Assembly: GCA_011109175.1 (NCBI GenBank)
Contig: RDEW01000013.1
Location: 41,476 to 105,475 of the forward strand
Direction of reading: 5' to 3'
DNA: 64,000 bases
Source: Dicyema japonicum
Lineage: Eukaryota > Animalia > Dicyemida
Shown here: positions 1 to 12,934 of the stretch, in pieces
Numbering within the stretch: the stretch's first letter is position 1
Layout of the letters: each line of letters begins with the position of its first letter
Position numbers and translations under genes: made by a program
The notes under the pieces: model-generated
The model's database searches: none
Told to the model about the DNA's origin: nothing
Seen by the model: the letters and a program-made list of their open reading frames with translations, nothing else

Positions 1-733
1 AGATCGGTCACAAAATGGCTAACAATTAACCTTTCAAGGATACCTGACTATGGCTGTATCCACAACTACACCAATTGTACTTTTTATGAGCAATCAACTT
101 GACCATTGCAGGTTGATTGGAGTAAACTCTTCCCTTTGGCGGACCTTCTAATGAGTACATGCCTAAATATATTTTCATAATTACCAGGAATATAAGGTTC
201 TTCTACATGTCTTGGTTTATATTCGTATATATTGCCAAATGTCTTGTTTTTTGGTCTAAAGTCCATAACATTTCGAATATTTTCATATTTCACAGTATGT
301 CTTTGAAAAAGCCTCACTAAAGGCAACATTAATGTTAATAATTCAAATGTTTTTAAATCCTCAATAATTATTAAAAGATAAAATTTCTTTAATATTTTTG
401 TGTTCTCACAATGTATTAAAGTGATTTTTATACTCAATGATCAGAGACTTCAATCCAAAACTGCCAAATTAAAAAAAATTCCCGCTTTTACAAAACCGAT
501 GTCATTCCTGAAAATAATAGTGACAATATTTTCATTGAAATAATGGATAATCACGATGAGACGACATAACATTTTATGAATGAAATAATGATTCCATAGA
601 ATATTCATTTATGCATTATCATTAATAAATTAGATGAGTCGCCTACAAAATATTGCTTCAAACGCTGAAAAATTATTATGAATTTCTAAAAAAATATCCG
701 ACGACATAAAAAGCAGCTGCAACATAGGAAGAT

Positions 734-1033
734 AACTGAATGCAGTTAGGTACTTTTCTTTCAACGTCTCGAAGGAGAGAGTGTCATCAGATGTTAGAAA
801 ACAAAAATACAGATGAAAATTTCCTCTCGAGAACTCTGGTTAGAAATTCGATTTTATAAGCATCTTTCGTCTATAATTATGANNAACTGAATGCAGTTAG
901 GTACTTTTCTTTCAACGTCTCGAAGGAGAGAGTGTCATCAGATGTTAGAAAACAAAAATACAGATGAAAATTTCCTCTCGAGAACTCTGGTCAGAAATTC
1001 GATTTTACAAGGATCTTTCGTCTATAATTATGA
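734..1033. repeat. ~149 bp near-identical direct duplication separated by NN (probable assembly overlap)
   Basis: 734-882 and 885-1033 differ at about 3 positions and are joined by nn at 883-884. Confidence 0.85.
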
Positions 1034-1199
1034 TAAATTAAAGACAAATGGGAGATACTTAAACTTCTTAACAGGTTGGTTCGTTTTGCACGAAAATCGA
1101 AAAGTTGGTTGTAATATTCTAATTTCAACATAATATTTTTACATTGATCCCACAATATTTATAGCAGTAAATTCTGGATGAGAAATTTATAATTTCATT

Positions 1200-2340
1200 G
1201 TAAAAAATCAACTAAGACTCAGCTTTATTTAACCAAATAAGCTCGACAAAGATCTCATTTGCATTGGAAGAGAGATAAAATGTGTGGATGTTTGTAGTGA
1301 TGGACCTGAATGTATTATCGAAAGTTTTCTGGAGCTGTCCTAAGGATATAACAAATGACTCCTAATTGTACTAGTATTGCATTCTTCATCGTCATGCTCT
1401 GGTGTCTAAGAATATTTTCTTTTCATTGAATGAAGTTTTGGAAGATGCTATCAAAATTATTATGTTAAAAAGGACCTCTCCAATCTCGTCTATTTAAAGT
1501 ATTTGCTATGTAATGGGATGCAATCATACATCATTACTTTTCATACAAAAGTAAGATGGTTGTCACGTGGAAGGGTATTTATTTAGAACCCCGGGATCAC
1601 CGAGAAAGAAAGACAGAAAAACGTCTGACAGTTAGGTAATTCTATTTCTCGCAATCAAACATGCCATACAAAGTCTGTGATTCCCCTTTGTTCCCACTAC
1701 CGAACGTGGAAGCAAATTTGTTTGAATTACGAAATGAGCTTGTGTTTCTGAAGAAACGAAATTTTCCAATTTACAAAAATTTGGAAAACAATCTTTGGTT
1801 ACAGAGAATTGCATATTTGGTTTCAATTTATGAAAAACTGAATAAATTTACATTATCGCTACAAGGAAAATATCAAACTGTTTTTATTTTGAACGATAAA
1901 GTAATGGCCTTAAAACGGAAAATCGAATTTTGGAGGTCATCCGTTAATAAAAATAAAATTAAATGCTTTGCCGTTTTGCAAGAGTATCTTGATGAATCAA
2001 AATGCGCATTGGATGATACAGTACTTTAGAAGATCAAAGATCATTTGGTAATTTTGGATGATAACATTGCGAAATATTTGCCGGATAAATTTGATGACGA
2101 TTGGGATCAAAATCCAAAGTTAAAGTAATACCAGCAAATCTAACATCAATTGAATGTGAATTGACATTAAAATCAACGTCAAATAAGATATATAAAATGA
2201 ATCCCTTTTTAATTTTTGGAGACCATACATTTCAAAATATCCTATCTCAGAAAAGGCCATACATACACTATTACCTTTTCCTGCGTTCCTAAGACATTAT
2301 AGTACTTCCTAGGAGACATTAAATTCATTTCCAATAGTCA
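1200..2340 (+). mobile_element. Decayed hAT (Charlie/Buster-like) transposase remnant
   Basis: FHTKVRWLSRGR at ~1540-1575 and ORF 1661-2029 (WLQRIAYLVSIYEKLNKFTLSLQGK...KRKIEFW) are typical hAT motifs. A LINE 3' tail at ~1580-1640 interrupts it. Confidence 0.75.
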
Positions 2341-3200
2341 AGACGTTATTTTAAAAATAATGGAAGGTGTTAACTTATTTTTCAAACCTGTTGTGTTCTC
2401 GCTGATGAGGATGGCTGGATAATAAAATCAGAAATGCTGAAAATAATTTCTAAGTAAATAATATAATTTGGTCAAACTAAACACAGTTAACTTATTTAAA
2501 GCAATAAAATCTAATTAATTGAAGAAATTAATTTGTTTTCTCATTTCGGGAAGGGAAAGAAAAATATTCCGATCTTGGGCTATTGTTTCCCCCAATTAGC
2601 CATTCAGATGATTTATTGATGTCAACATTTGTATTTTTAAAATACTTGAGCATGGAACAATTTCAGTTTAATTTTCTCGATGTAATTTTTCTTTTGAAAT
2701 TCTTTGATGAAACTAACGCTCGAATTAGAAGAATCTTCCACCCCGTACTTGGACGCAATATTATTATTAACCCCAGGCTTTCAATCTCTGGTAAGCCTAG
2801 CACAAACAGTCATAGCTAATTAATCCAAGAAAGGAACCCAAAGGGGAACCAAATCTGTGCCGACCAAATCCATCCTCCGATGGTGCATTACAGACTTCCG
2901 CTTCAGAAGAGAGGTGGGGAAGTAGGTCCGCCCTCTTCCATTTTCTTCGCACGTCCTACCGTCGCGGACATCACTTCATTCTTCGGCGGAAAAGTTTTCA
3001 TAATGTAATCTTCACCATCGGACTTGGTCATGGAGATGGTAGATGCAATAAATCTAACTGTAGTAGCCTAATGTGTTTTCTTTTCCTACAAGATAATAAT
3101 TTGTTTAATTTTTATTTGTTTATTAATATAAAAAATTTATTTAATAATAAGTAAGAAATTTTAGAAATTTATAAATATTCTTTTGTGTGACTGATTAATA

Positions 3201-4483
3201 ATGGAAATAGAATCTCCAAATATTCATAGAACAGTTAAGTTTATCATACATTATTTAATAAATTAGAGGAATCCTTGATCCTTTATTCAAACAAATAGAG
3301 AAAGAGTTCACGAAAGTGATCAATGAGAACGAAGAACGTAATCCAAAGCATTATTGTAGTAAGAAAACGCCTCAAAATCGTGGGAAAGGCTGCACTGGAG
3401 GAAAGAAAACCCCCCAAAACCGAAAAAAATACCCCTAGAAAGACTTACTCAGTCAAAAAGATCCCCACCAAGCAGTCCTTCTCTGAGTCCTTCATTGTGG
3501 CCCAATTTCGTGACCACAATGATGTGATCAACGAAATCACCTATGATAAATCTATTATAGCTACGTGTTCTGCAGGTTTTGATATTTTTGGACTTTTCAG
3601 ATAAGACTGTTAAATTTTGGGACATAAATACAGCAAAATGCATGAGTTCCTACTTTGCCCACGTGGGTTCTGTGAATTCCGTGAGACTGCATCCTCAACG
3701 TGACCTGGCAATCACAGCGTCTGGAGATTTGACTAGTCACATATTTTCAGTCAATCTGTCACAGAATATAAGTCAGAACACGCCTTTGTTGACCCTTAAG
3801 GGTCACAAGGACACGGTTTCTGCCGCGGACTGGCTCTCATCTGCAGACCAAGTCATAACGGCGTCTTATGACCAGAATCTGCATGTATATTCAGCTGAAA
3901 CTGGGGATATGGTGGCCAAACTAGCAGGACATTCTCAATCTGTGAGAAATGTAGTCACTGAGAACTCACTAGCTCTCTCAGCATCTGCTGACTGCTCATT
4001 CAAGTTGTGGGACCTCAGATTGGGAGGATATCCAGTGAAGACATATTCCTTCCACTCACAGTGAAAACATTTCTTATGTTAGAGCGGTCAATTCTGTCAT
4101 CTTTGGGTCAAATAATATGGTAGTCTCCGCCAGTGACGATAGAACTGTGAGAATATTCGACTTGAGGCAATCAATGTGTTGTCTACAATCAGTGTCTCTG
4201 CCTTTTGGAGCTAATCGGTAGTTTAGTTGGTTATTCGAGAATATCGATGAATCGGGATAATCTGATAGCAATTCCCTTGGATTCTGGGATTATTTACTTG
4301 GTCGACTGTTTTGGGAATAATGTCGGGAAATTTAGAAGCAGTTCCGTGACGGTATTTATAGTTGATTAGTACTAGGGTCACTCTCCAGCAATTACTTGTG
4401 TGTGTTGGATGGACAATGGCAATCTCCTTAGTGGGGGTGCTGATTCTAAAGTGATTTCATGGATGCTTCCTCGTTTTAACTGA
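3201..4483 (+). CDS. WDR37: WD repeat-containing protein 37 homolog, 7 exons
   Basis: Removing six GT-AG introns (28, 22, 25, 22, 22, 24 nt) gives an open frame. It includes LFKQIEKEF, CSADKTVKFW...AHVGSVNSVRLHP...TASGDLT, SASDDRTVRIFDLR and GHSPAITCVCW, collinear with WDR37 as recalled. Confidence 0.88.
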
Positions 4484-4621
4484 TTATTTAATAAATATTG
4501 GTTAAAGTCANATCTTGGAGCCTATTCATTTGATTTTAATATTCATTGATTTTTTGTTAAATATTTTAAATTTTTATTTAATTTAAGTCGATCATGACTC
4601 GAAGCCATTCCTATGCTATTC

Positions 4622-4978
4622 CTAATTGAGTTTTGGGTACCATTCTGTACCTTTTCTAGATGATGAAGAGGGAAGGATATGTGTCCAGGCCATAGATGCA
4701 GGACTAATTAAATAACTCTTTGATATATCTCTCAATTTAGAGTCTAATAAAGTTGTTTCTGTTTTTCCCTTGACAAGGAAATTCGCCAATGAGCCAGCTC
4801 CTTTCTTTTCTATCATTTTTTTCTTCCCATGAGCGATCCGATTCTGTTTAGCTGGTTCATAAATGAACTTTCCACATAGACATTCGTATTTCTTCACTTT
4901 TATGGTCTCAGCTTTTTCCGAGGCTAAGCCTGGGTTATTTGCAGTCATAGCAAAGTTGGAGAGATTGAAACTATCCAC
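4622..4978 (-). mobile_element. Possible N-terminal fragment of a DNA transposase
   Basis: The PAKQNRIA...GSLANFL segment is shared with the interior of the TIR-bounded element at 22556-22995. Confidence 0.35.
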
Positions 4979-5259
4979 ACAGGTGGCGTTCCAAAAGAGG
5001 TATCTAACACTTTATCAAGGAAAAAGAGTTGTTCCGTCAGGCTTTTTATTGGCTAGGGCAGGGGTCGACAACCGTGGCTCTGAGTTTTTTATGTGGCGCT
5101 TTCAATTATCTCAAATGACTACTTACATCTCCAATAAAAATATTTTCAAAGTGGTATTCTTCCAAAATGTTTTTTATCTATATTTTGTTATTATTATTTT
5201 TGAACCAGAAAACCACCGTCATATCCAAAATAAACAAAATTCAGGTGATCCCGGCCATC

Positions 5260-6330
5260 TTTAGCGTGGCGTCATGTGGTTCACCTTTTGTGGTGGCGCC
5301 CAGTGTCAAATAACAGCAAAAAGAACCATTTTCTCTTCCCCATCCAGACTCCTCGTATGCCTTGATGTATACCTCAACTGAAACTCGAGATGTTGTTTGT
5401 TCCCATGGATTCTATTGCTTTCTGGAGATATTGATCAAAACCCCTGGACCAAAACCCCTTTTTATTATGTAACTCAATGCTAACGATGTAAAAACAATGA
5501 TTCTGGAGTTACGATGTCTATCATCGAAGCACAAGATTGACAAATTGCCTTATCCAGGAGTCAAAACTTTCTACAGAGTACAACCCCACTTTTTCCTGGA
5601 TACATCTCTATCAGAAAAGATCGTATTGTATGTGGTGGTGGCTTACTTGCCACTATTAAAAACGGTTTATCTTTCCACGATGTGAGCTTGCAAGTGGATG
5701 ATTTAACTATTATGATGATTTCTTTACCTTTACAGATTTATCCAACTATTATGGGAGTGACTTTCAACCCTTTGATGACATTTTCTTAACATGTGAATAA
5801 CGTTATGCCAAAGGGTCTCAGGAAACAGAATATAATGAAACCGCTCTTAAAGTCCAGGCCGTCACGGGAATGCGCTGTCTTGTACAATCAACTTTTAAAA
5901 CCGACGGTAGAGTATGCTTGTGCCTCATGGGCTTATGGAGTTTCACTATCAAATTTGTAAAAGATCAATTCCCTAACAGGCAAACTTGCACGTCTAACAA
6001 ATCTACCTGCCGATCTTTTCCCCCAATGTTTGACCACGCCTTAATCAAAAACATCGGCTCCGGGTTCATCGGTCTGTGTGGTCATGAGACAAGTCGTTTC
6101 TTCCATTCAAGACTAGAAGCCTCAAATACACGTAAATTGAGAAAAAAACCCATTCCTCTTCAAATCTTAATGATAGGTGATCGTCTTCGATACAGGAAAG
6201 CCGTGGGTACTCTGGAGGAACACAAGAAAGACCTCTCGATCTTTTGAGGTGTACCGGGATCACTTAATTAGTTGGTTTACTCTTTCTTTCTTGGTGTTCC
6301 CTTCTCGGGGTTATTAAATAAATAAATAAT
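5260..6330 (+). mobile_element. Internally deleted Ingi/Vingi-like non-LTR element (~1.07 kb)
   Basis: Has the family 5' signature (5264-5328), decayed RT C-terminal motifs, a 3' stem-loop (6254-6310) and a (TAAA)n tail. Confidence 0.75.
5264..5328 (+). ncRNA. HDV-like ribozyme-like fold, copy A
   Basis: P1 GGCGTC/GGCGCC, P2 TGGTTC/GAACCA, P3 ACC/GGT, J4/2 CAAAAA. Confidence 0.55.
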
Positions 6331-6334
6331 AACA

Positions 6335-8955
6335 GTCTTCGCATTTTTTCTCGGTGTTCCGACTGTGTTCCTGCGCATTTCCGATATGGACGGGGTCCGC
6401 ATTTTCGAGTCCTTCGCAGTGGCACTGTTCCAGTCGCCTCTATCATATTTTCAAGGTTTCTGGGCAGACGGGAAGATTTCCTTAGTAGGTTTGCTGCCTT
6501 CATTGGAATGTTACAGATCTTGTTCAAATTCGTTGCAGAAAAATTAGACCCCAGACATTACATGCGTATCCTATTGTAGACTCGATGAACTGTTTGTATA
6601 TGACATCCAGTCCACTCAGATATTTTTTGTCTCTTAGGTTTCCAAGAACGCCTTCAGGAAGTTGATTTTCCTCGTACAAGTCAATAACATATTTTCGATG
6701 TGTTTTGTAAAGGTTAAGATAGATGTCAAAGGTAACTCCTAGGATTTTCTGGAATTTGTTTTGCGGGATATTTTTCCCATCCAGTGTGACGTCAATTGAT
6801 ACTTTCCCTAGTCTTCTGTTTGTCGTGAATAGGGTCAACACTGACTTCTCTGGGTTAGCAGTCAATTGATTTCCCAAAGCCATAAACTTAGTTTATTCAG
6901 ATTGTCCTGTACTCTTCTCGTTGCTTCGATAATACTCACATCCCTCGAAGCAATGACTATATCATCCGCATACGTTAATAATATGTCATCGTTTTCCTGT
7001 GGGAGTGGCAAGTCATTCATAATAAGGTTAAACAAGAGGGGAGATAATGGGGAGCCCTAAGGAACGCCATTTGCTAATAGTCTCGATACGGAACATCGAT
7101 TGCCATAGTGTACTCGTCCTCGTTGACCACTCAAGAAATTTCCCAACCATAATTTCAGGTTTGCGTCAATGTTCGACGAATATATTTTGTGCGTGATAAT
7201 TTCCTCGAAACAGAGTCAAATGCCTTCTGGGAATCAATTGAGCATACAATCGTCTTTTTCTGTCTGGCCTTTTGTTAAGGCCATCTGTTGTGAACTCCTT
7301 TAATGTATTTAGGTGTGTGATAGTTGATCGTCTCTTTTTGAAACCATACTGAAATCTGGCATCTGGGAGGGAATGTCGTGTGATTGTCATAATCACCTTT
7401 TCTAGGATTCTTGTCTGGACACACAAGAGCGACAAAGGCCTGTAAGAAGCCGGGTTCTCCTTTGGTTTCCCAGGCTTCAGTATTGGATGAATATTCGAAA
7501 GTTTCCATATAGTGGGAATACAGTTGAAGTTGATTGAATAGATGCATGTTAGTGCTGATACGCCCTTGTGTGGAGGAATATCCATCCTTTGGAATGGTTC
7601 GTGGCGTATTCTCACACAATGTTTGATAAATTTATTCATATCCATCTACTGTTCACGGTCTCCCTCGATTTTGTCTTCAGCGTTTTTGACATTTCTCAGC
7701 ATCCTCCACATCTTGGTAAATGAACTATTTTTTTCATAGCACTAGAAATTTGGCCAAATTTTTTGGAGAGGTTTTGTCTTTTCGTAGATCTCCATCTTCA
7801 GTGAACGGATTCTGTTAGTATCATGTTTTGTTAGGTGCTTTTTACGTTTGAGACAATTCCTTTCTTTTATTAGTTGGATTGTGCTAGCATCATATTTCTT
7901 CTTGGTTTTTAGATTCCTTTTCTGACAAATAGTTTTCTCCCTTCCACAATCACTTTATTAAAGTGATAGACTGCTCTTCAATTGAGTTGAAATTATTCGG
8001 ATGGAAATTCAAAGGGACGAATCCACGTATCTTCTGAATCTTGTCGAGTCAGCATTAATATAGTCATAAAAATGATGTGTTTTGACCGCATCGGTTACAA
8101 TTGATCTTGATCAGAATGAGATTATGGTCGCTTCGTAAGTCATAGTTTACAGACCAGCATATAAACGGAGTAAGCCGTGGTGAACATAACGTATATCCGG
8201 CGATGTAACGGAATCTTTGCTATTAGACGGGGTTCGTGTATTCCTAATTGGTGTCGTTCATAATGGAAAGATTTTCTAATTGAGAAATAATATGAAATCC
8301 CTTGTGTCTGGAGGTTGTTACTCTACCACGAAGGGTGCTTAACATTAAAATCTCGGTACACCAACAAGTTTTCCATCATATCTAGGCAGACAAATCCATA
8401 GAAAATCCTTTTGCACAGGAACCTGGAGGAGAACATATACGTTGGCGATAATAATAGCTCCGAGAGAGATCTGTACCGAAATCAATAACTTCTGTGTTTG
8501 CGTCTTCTATCAGATTCCTGATTATGGAGGAGTGTTTATCGAACTAATGCCTCTCCTGACAATGGTCAATAGTCTTCCACCTCAGCCCGATTGTCGATCG
8601 ACTCTCAATACATTGAAACCGGTAAATTTAGGAGTAGTGGAATTCCCAGAAAGCTTGATCTCTTGTAAAAGGCAGATACCAATTTTATTCCTCTCCAAAT
8701 ATAAACTCAGTTCGGATGCCTTGCCTCTGACTCCGTTAATGTTCAGGCTAAGTATCTTTAAAGACTTTGGTCCCGGATTCATTAAACATCTCCTGACATG
8801 ACGAGTCTTTATCAGAAAAGTGCACGGATGTGTAGGAAGTGCCGTTAAGGGGGAACTCCTCTGGATAGTTGTTGACAAAAGGTCATTTTTGGATACAATT
8901 TTGACTTGTATCTGGCGCCACCAGATAAGGCGAACCACGTGACGCACGCTAAAAA
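6335..8955 (-). mobile_element. Near-full-length decayed Ingi/Vingi-like LINE (2A-APE-RT)
   Basis: 5' signature at 8880-8949; degenerate SGDV.MNPGP; APE (LSLNINGVRGK, CLLQEIKLS); RT (ASYRPLSLLC, QYGFKK, YADDI, KILGVTFD). Confidence 0.85.
8880..8949 (-). ncRNA. HDV-like ribozyme-like fold, copy B
   Basis: P3 GCC/GGT, P1' GGCGCC, perfect P4 GATACAA/TTGTATC, J4/2 CAAAAA. Confidence 0.55.
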
Positions 8956-9298
8956 ACCAAAAATTGCCTCTTTGGCTTAAAAGGTTGCCTACCCCCGGGC
9001 TAGGACAAGTTTAAGAGGCTCTAACTGGACAGGGAATCCAGCCGCTTCTAGTCCTCACGCAATAAATTTGGGACAATGGATTATACCCAACATCTTGAAC
9101 GAAACATTGAATGTAAAAATTGACGAATTTGATAATGATATCTATAAAGAAGATTTAGAAACTGGAAACAAGGATGCACTGGTTCAAGAAATGCAGGATT
9201 GACTTACTAATTTGGCGAAAAAATTTTTGTAGTCTTTCTGACTTGCATTGATTAATAAAATTTCGTTTATAAATTTGATAATTTAATTTGATTTTAGA

Positions 9299-9420
9299 AA
9301 GACGTGCGGGAAGCGGTCTGGCTGAGGCAAAGAATTGGTATCGCTGTTATTCGCGGAAACGCTTACTCCGTGATGTCAGCAGCCGCTCTCCCTCATAGTT
9401 AATAAATAATATTTTATTGT
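9299..9420 (+). mobile_element. 3' terminal relic of a CRE-clade non-LTR element
   Basis: Close nucleotide match to 38872-38990 (VWLRQRIGIAVIRGNA) followed by an A/T-rich tail. Confidence 0.75.
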
Positions 9421-9498
9421 TAATAAATTTTTGTTCTTAAAAAAAAAAAAAAAAATTTAATTTGATTATAATAAAATATTAAATTAATTAACATAATA

Positions 9499-10243
9499 AT
9501 GAATCGTAATAAAATGCATGATAACAAAAATTTTGGTGTCATATATATTTATTAGTAGCCGTACATCGCCTTTTAATTGAAGCAAAAGAGTTAAGTCGAC
9601 CAACAGAGCTGTACTACGCTCAGCCTTTTGAAGATAATCTGTTCAGGTGGCACTTTACAATTCGTGGCCCCCAATACACTGACTTCAAATTTGGAATCTA
9701 TCACGGCGAAATATATATTTCTCATGATTACCCATTGCACCCTCCAAGTTTTAGTTTTTTTACAGTATTTTTTATGACCCAATTCAGACAAATGGACTTT
9801 ACCCCATCAATAAGAAAATATATTCTTTTACCCCTTCTTCGATCACATGTTGGAAACCTACTTGGTCATGTTCATATTTTTATGATTTTCTAGTAACCAC
9901 AATGTTACTTGGAATTGTTTACTCCTTTACCGAATATTGCTCTGACATTATTGATTATAGTCGAGAAGAAATTAGACGAATGACTGCCCAGTCACGATCA
10001 TTTGTATGCTCCTCTTGTGGGGAGACTAGATTTCTTCTAAGAGAGGATGAAAAGTACCCTTGCCCTGCAAAATACAAGGAATATTCTAATCAACTTGTGA
10101 AAGAGACATGCATTAGTCACAAGGACATTTCATCAGATGTGAGAAAAAGGGAGATGACTGACTCGGATGAGGATAGCGAGGATGAGTTATCAGTTAGCTC
10201 ATCTAAGAGGTGGAAGGATACTTCCAGTTATTCAGATGATTAG
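9499..10243 (+). CDS. UBE2J1: UBE2J1/Ubc6-like E2 protein lacking the catalytic Cys (paralog 1), 4 exons
   Basis: Introns 9536-9555 (20 nt), 9765-9787 (23 nt) and 9870-9893 (24 nt). Spliced: AVHRLLIEAKEL..YAQPFEDNLFRWHFTIRGP..GIYHGEI..DYPLHPP..NGLYPINKKIY..WKPTWS..DYSREEIRR..SRSFVCSSCG. Confidence 0.85.
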
Positions 10244-10419
10244 TTGAGATGGTATTTAGATTATAAACTTTGTTCTAAATTGGTTAATAAAATTATATTT
10301 TAAAATATTATTTTTTTAATAAGTTTTTATAAATTTAACAAAATATCATTTAATAATTATAACTTTAAAGATAGAACTAAATCTAAGTTATTGTTCCTGG
10401 TCAACCTCTGCCTCTAGTA

Positions 10420-11045
10420 CTTCTATTGACAAACTACAAAAAGTACAAAACATCGCGCTCAGGATAATTACTGGATGTCTCAGATCAACTCCTGTCGATC
10501 ATCTACATTGGGAGTCAAAGATCCTACCAATTGGAGACCATCTGGAAATGAGAGCCCTGCAGTTTCTCTCTCAAGCCTACAGTCTAGAACATCCCTGCCA
10601 CTGCCTATGCAAGTCGCAAAACAAAAGGAAAATTATTATGACAAAGTGACCTGTCTCGGATGTTATCATCTATTCCTTCCATCCCCAATGACAGGAGTCG
10701 TCTGAAACAGGTACACGATTTTGTTTCTACGAGAAGCATCCGAAGACTTGGAGACAATAAAATATTACAGCGACCCCCTCCTCCAATAGACCAATCAGAA
10801 TCCTCTCTTTCAAGGGACGTGCGAGTAAACCTGGCTCGTCTACGATGTGGGCACCATCCATATCTACCAGCTTATGATGTATTCTGCCCCTTTTGCAACC
10901 TCCACGTGCTGACAACAAATCAAACATTTCTCCACAATGCAGGAACTGACCGATCTATGGGAGCGACCAACATCTGCTGCGTACTAATTAATAGCTGCTG
11001 GCCTCCTACAAGTTAGTGAGGCTGTGGTTACTTAACTAACTAAGT
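10420..11045 (+). mobile_element. 3' fragment of an Ingi/Vingi-like LINE
   Basis: C-terminal motif PPPPIDQSESSLSRDVRVNLARLRCGHH...CPFC, then a (TAAC)-like tail. Confidence 0.7.
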
Positions 11046-11943
11046 TATTGTTAGTCAATTACACATTTGTTTCCTAGACTTTCCAGAAGTCGACCAACTA
11101 TATAATCCTTCTTCTCTTGAGCATGTTAACAATGAAATAATAGACTGATGCCCAGATCGCTTCCCCTCACAAACTTCGAAGTGTTCTCATAATAGGCGCT
11201 ACTCTAAGCTTCATTCTTATCGTCGTTTGCGATTCCCGCTGCATCTTTGGATCCATTAAGAATACTCTTTCCTGTCTTCTTAATTGTGACAATCTGTATA
11301 TATCCTTTCACAGGACATCAAGGCTTCTAAATTGTGTTTGTAGTATTTGTTGATGATCCAAGTCAAAACCACTGGGACTATATACGCTTTTGCTTACTGT
11401 ATTGCACCTAATTAGCTTGCTAGGAAAGCATACTTATGTGTTTTCTTGACTTCAACCTTAGCGATTGTTGGGATGTAATTCCCAATTTTTTTAAAGTGAT
11501 TGTATTCTTATTCTATCGAATACGTCCGTCTGTTGTTCTCAAATTTAGTATCATAGTTATATCTACGCGTATTTCTACAAATTTGTCGACAATCACTGAT
11601 CGTACCGAGTGGTTTTATTCCAAATCGGTGGCACAGATGCAGGTGTATAAATCTGATTACTTCATTATGGCTGCTTAGTAAGCACTGTTTATCATTCTTC
11701 CGAATCTTATTGCTAAATGGTACACTGTTTTAGGTTTTTTCTTTATTTTTTCCGTCGTTGTTGTACTTCTTTTAGCTTCTTTATATTGATGTCTCCCTTA
11801 TTCTTAATACGGTCTCGTCGTATACTTTTGTCAATTCGCCCGGTTCGATGTTAATAACACCAATATAATAATTTAAGTCGCATGTTTATTTACTGTCTCG
11901 AAAAAATTAACACTGTTAGTGTGGTAACCAGAAAATTCATATA

Positions 11944-12934
11944 AAACAATTCGTCTAATTAACATTTTGTCTAAATCGTCATGTTTGTCTAATAACAATT
12001 AAATATTTTATTCAAGATATTTTTTTTTAATTCTTTTTTATTTTTTTAAATTTTTTTTAAATTTTTGTTTATTTAAAATAAGTTTATTTTTTAACTATTT
12101 AAGATATTTAAAAAGAAATATTGTGAGCTATTCCTCTAAGATATTCATTTATATTGTCAAATCTAAAATTTTCAACAATTATTTTTATGCGTGAAGCACT
12201 TTCGCAAAAACACTTTTTTGGGGATTGTACCTCTCTTCCAGCTACAAATTGCCGAATAATGATTCATTTAAATTTTGTTATTTTTCAGACACTCGATAAA
12301 TTTCCATGTATTAGGGTGGTGCGATCCAATTTGTGTTTGAAAAGGATCTATGCCAACCTTTAAAAAATATTAATATAGAATCATTCCTACCTTCTACGAA
12401 ATTATTAGTCTTCGGTACATCTGCAAGAATATAGTTATACACATTCCACATTTCAAGTGAAAAATGAGGTGGACGACGAATATTATTGATAACTAGACGG
12501 CCTGTGTTTTAAATATATAAAATTTAAACTTATCCAAGTGTCTTCAAAGTAGTCAACTACTTCTTGCGCATCAAGAGGAAATGTAGAACACAACGAATCG
12601 AATGTTTGGATTACATATTCCACAGGAACAAAAGCCAAAGCTGATAGTATCCAAAGTTTTAACCCAAATTCGGAATCTTCTTTGTATTTTTTCTGTAAAC
12701 CGTGCCTTTGAATTACGCAAAACACACATTGTGAAAAATTAAAAAAGCATCCTTTTACTTTTGCATTCGGGAATTATTTAAAGTTATTTATAGAAAAAAC
12801 CTCGCGTAAAAAATGAGATAAACTTTGGATTAAATAGATCGAACGTGGAAATTAGGCGAATTGTTATTAGACAAACATGACGATTTAGACGAATTGTAGA
12901 CGAATTGTTTTAGACGAATTAGCCGTGGAACCGT
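11944..12934 (-). mobile_element. Internally deleted MULE-like DNA transposon with terminal inverted repeats
   Basis: Transposase motifs KVKGCFFNFSQC, LSALAFVP, DYFEDTWI and EMWNVY..PKTNNFVEG. 11944-11999 is the inverse of 12859-12915, and the TIR contains tandem TAGACGAATTG units. Confidence 0.75.

Noticed and set aside
734-1033. 149 bp tandem duplication as a biological repeat
   Set aside because: The copies are joined by an NN gap, typical of overlapping contig ends or merged haplotypes.
2401-2445. CTGATGA..GAAA hammerhead-like core (also 13169-13210 and 770-790 on the minus strand)
   Set aside because: Stem II closing pair and stems I/III could not be formed convincingly.
2520-3070. Possible gene divergent from WDR37 on the minus strand
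   Set aside because: Protein-like stretches exist, but I could not splice a consistent frame or recognise a family.
4863-5264. 133 aa ORF and many other 60-130 aa track ORFs
   Set aside because: They are antisense or off-frame shadows of identified genes and TEs, or cross element boundaries, with no independent motif.
11050-11800. Possible LTR retrotransposon remnant (also 17450-18260 and 42300-43300)
   Set aside because: No clear protease, RT, RNase H or integrase motif, and no LTR pair could be read.
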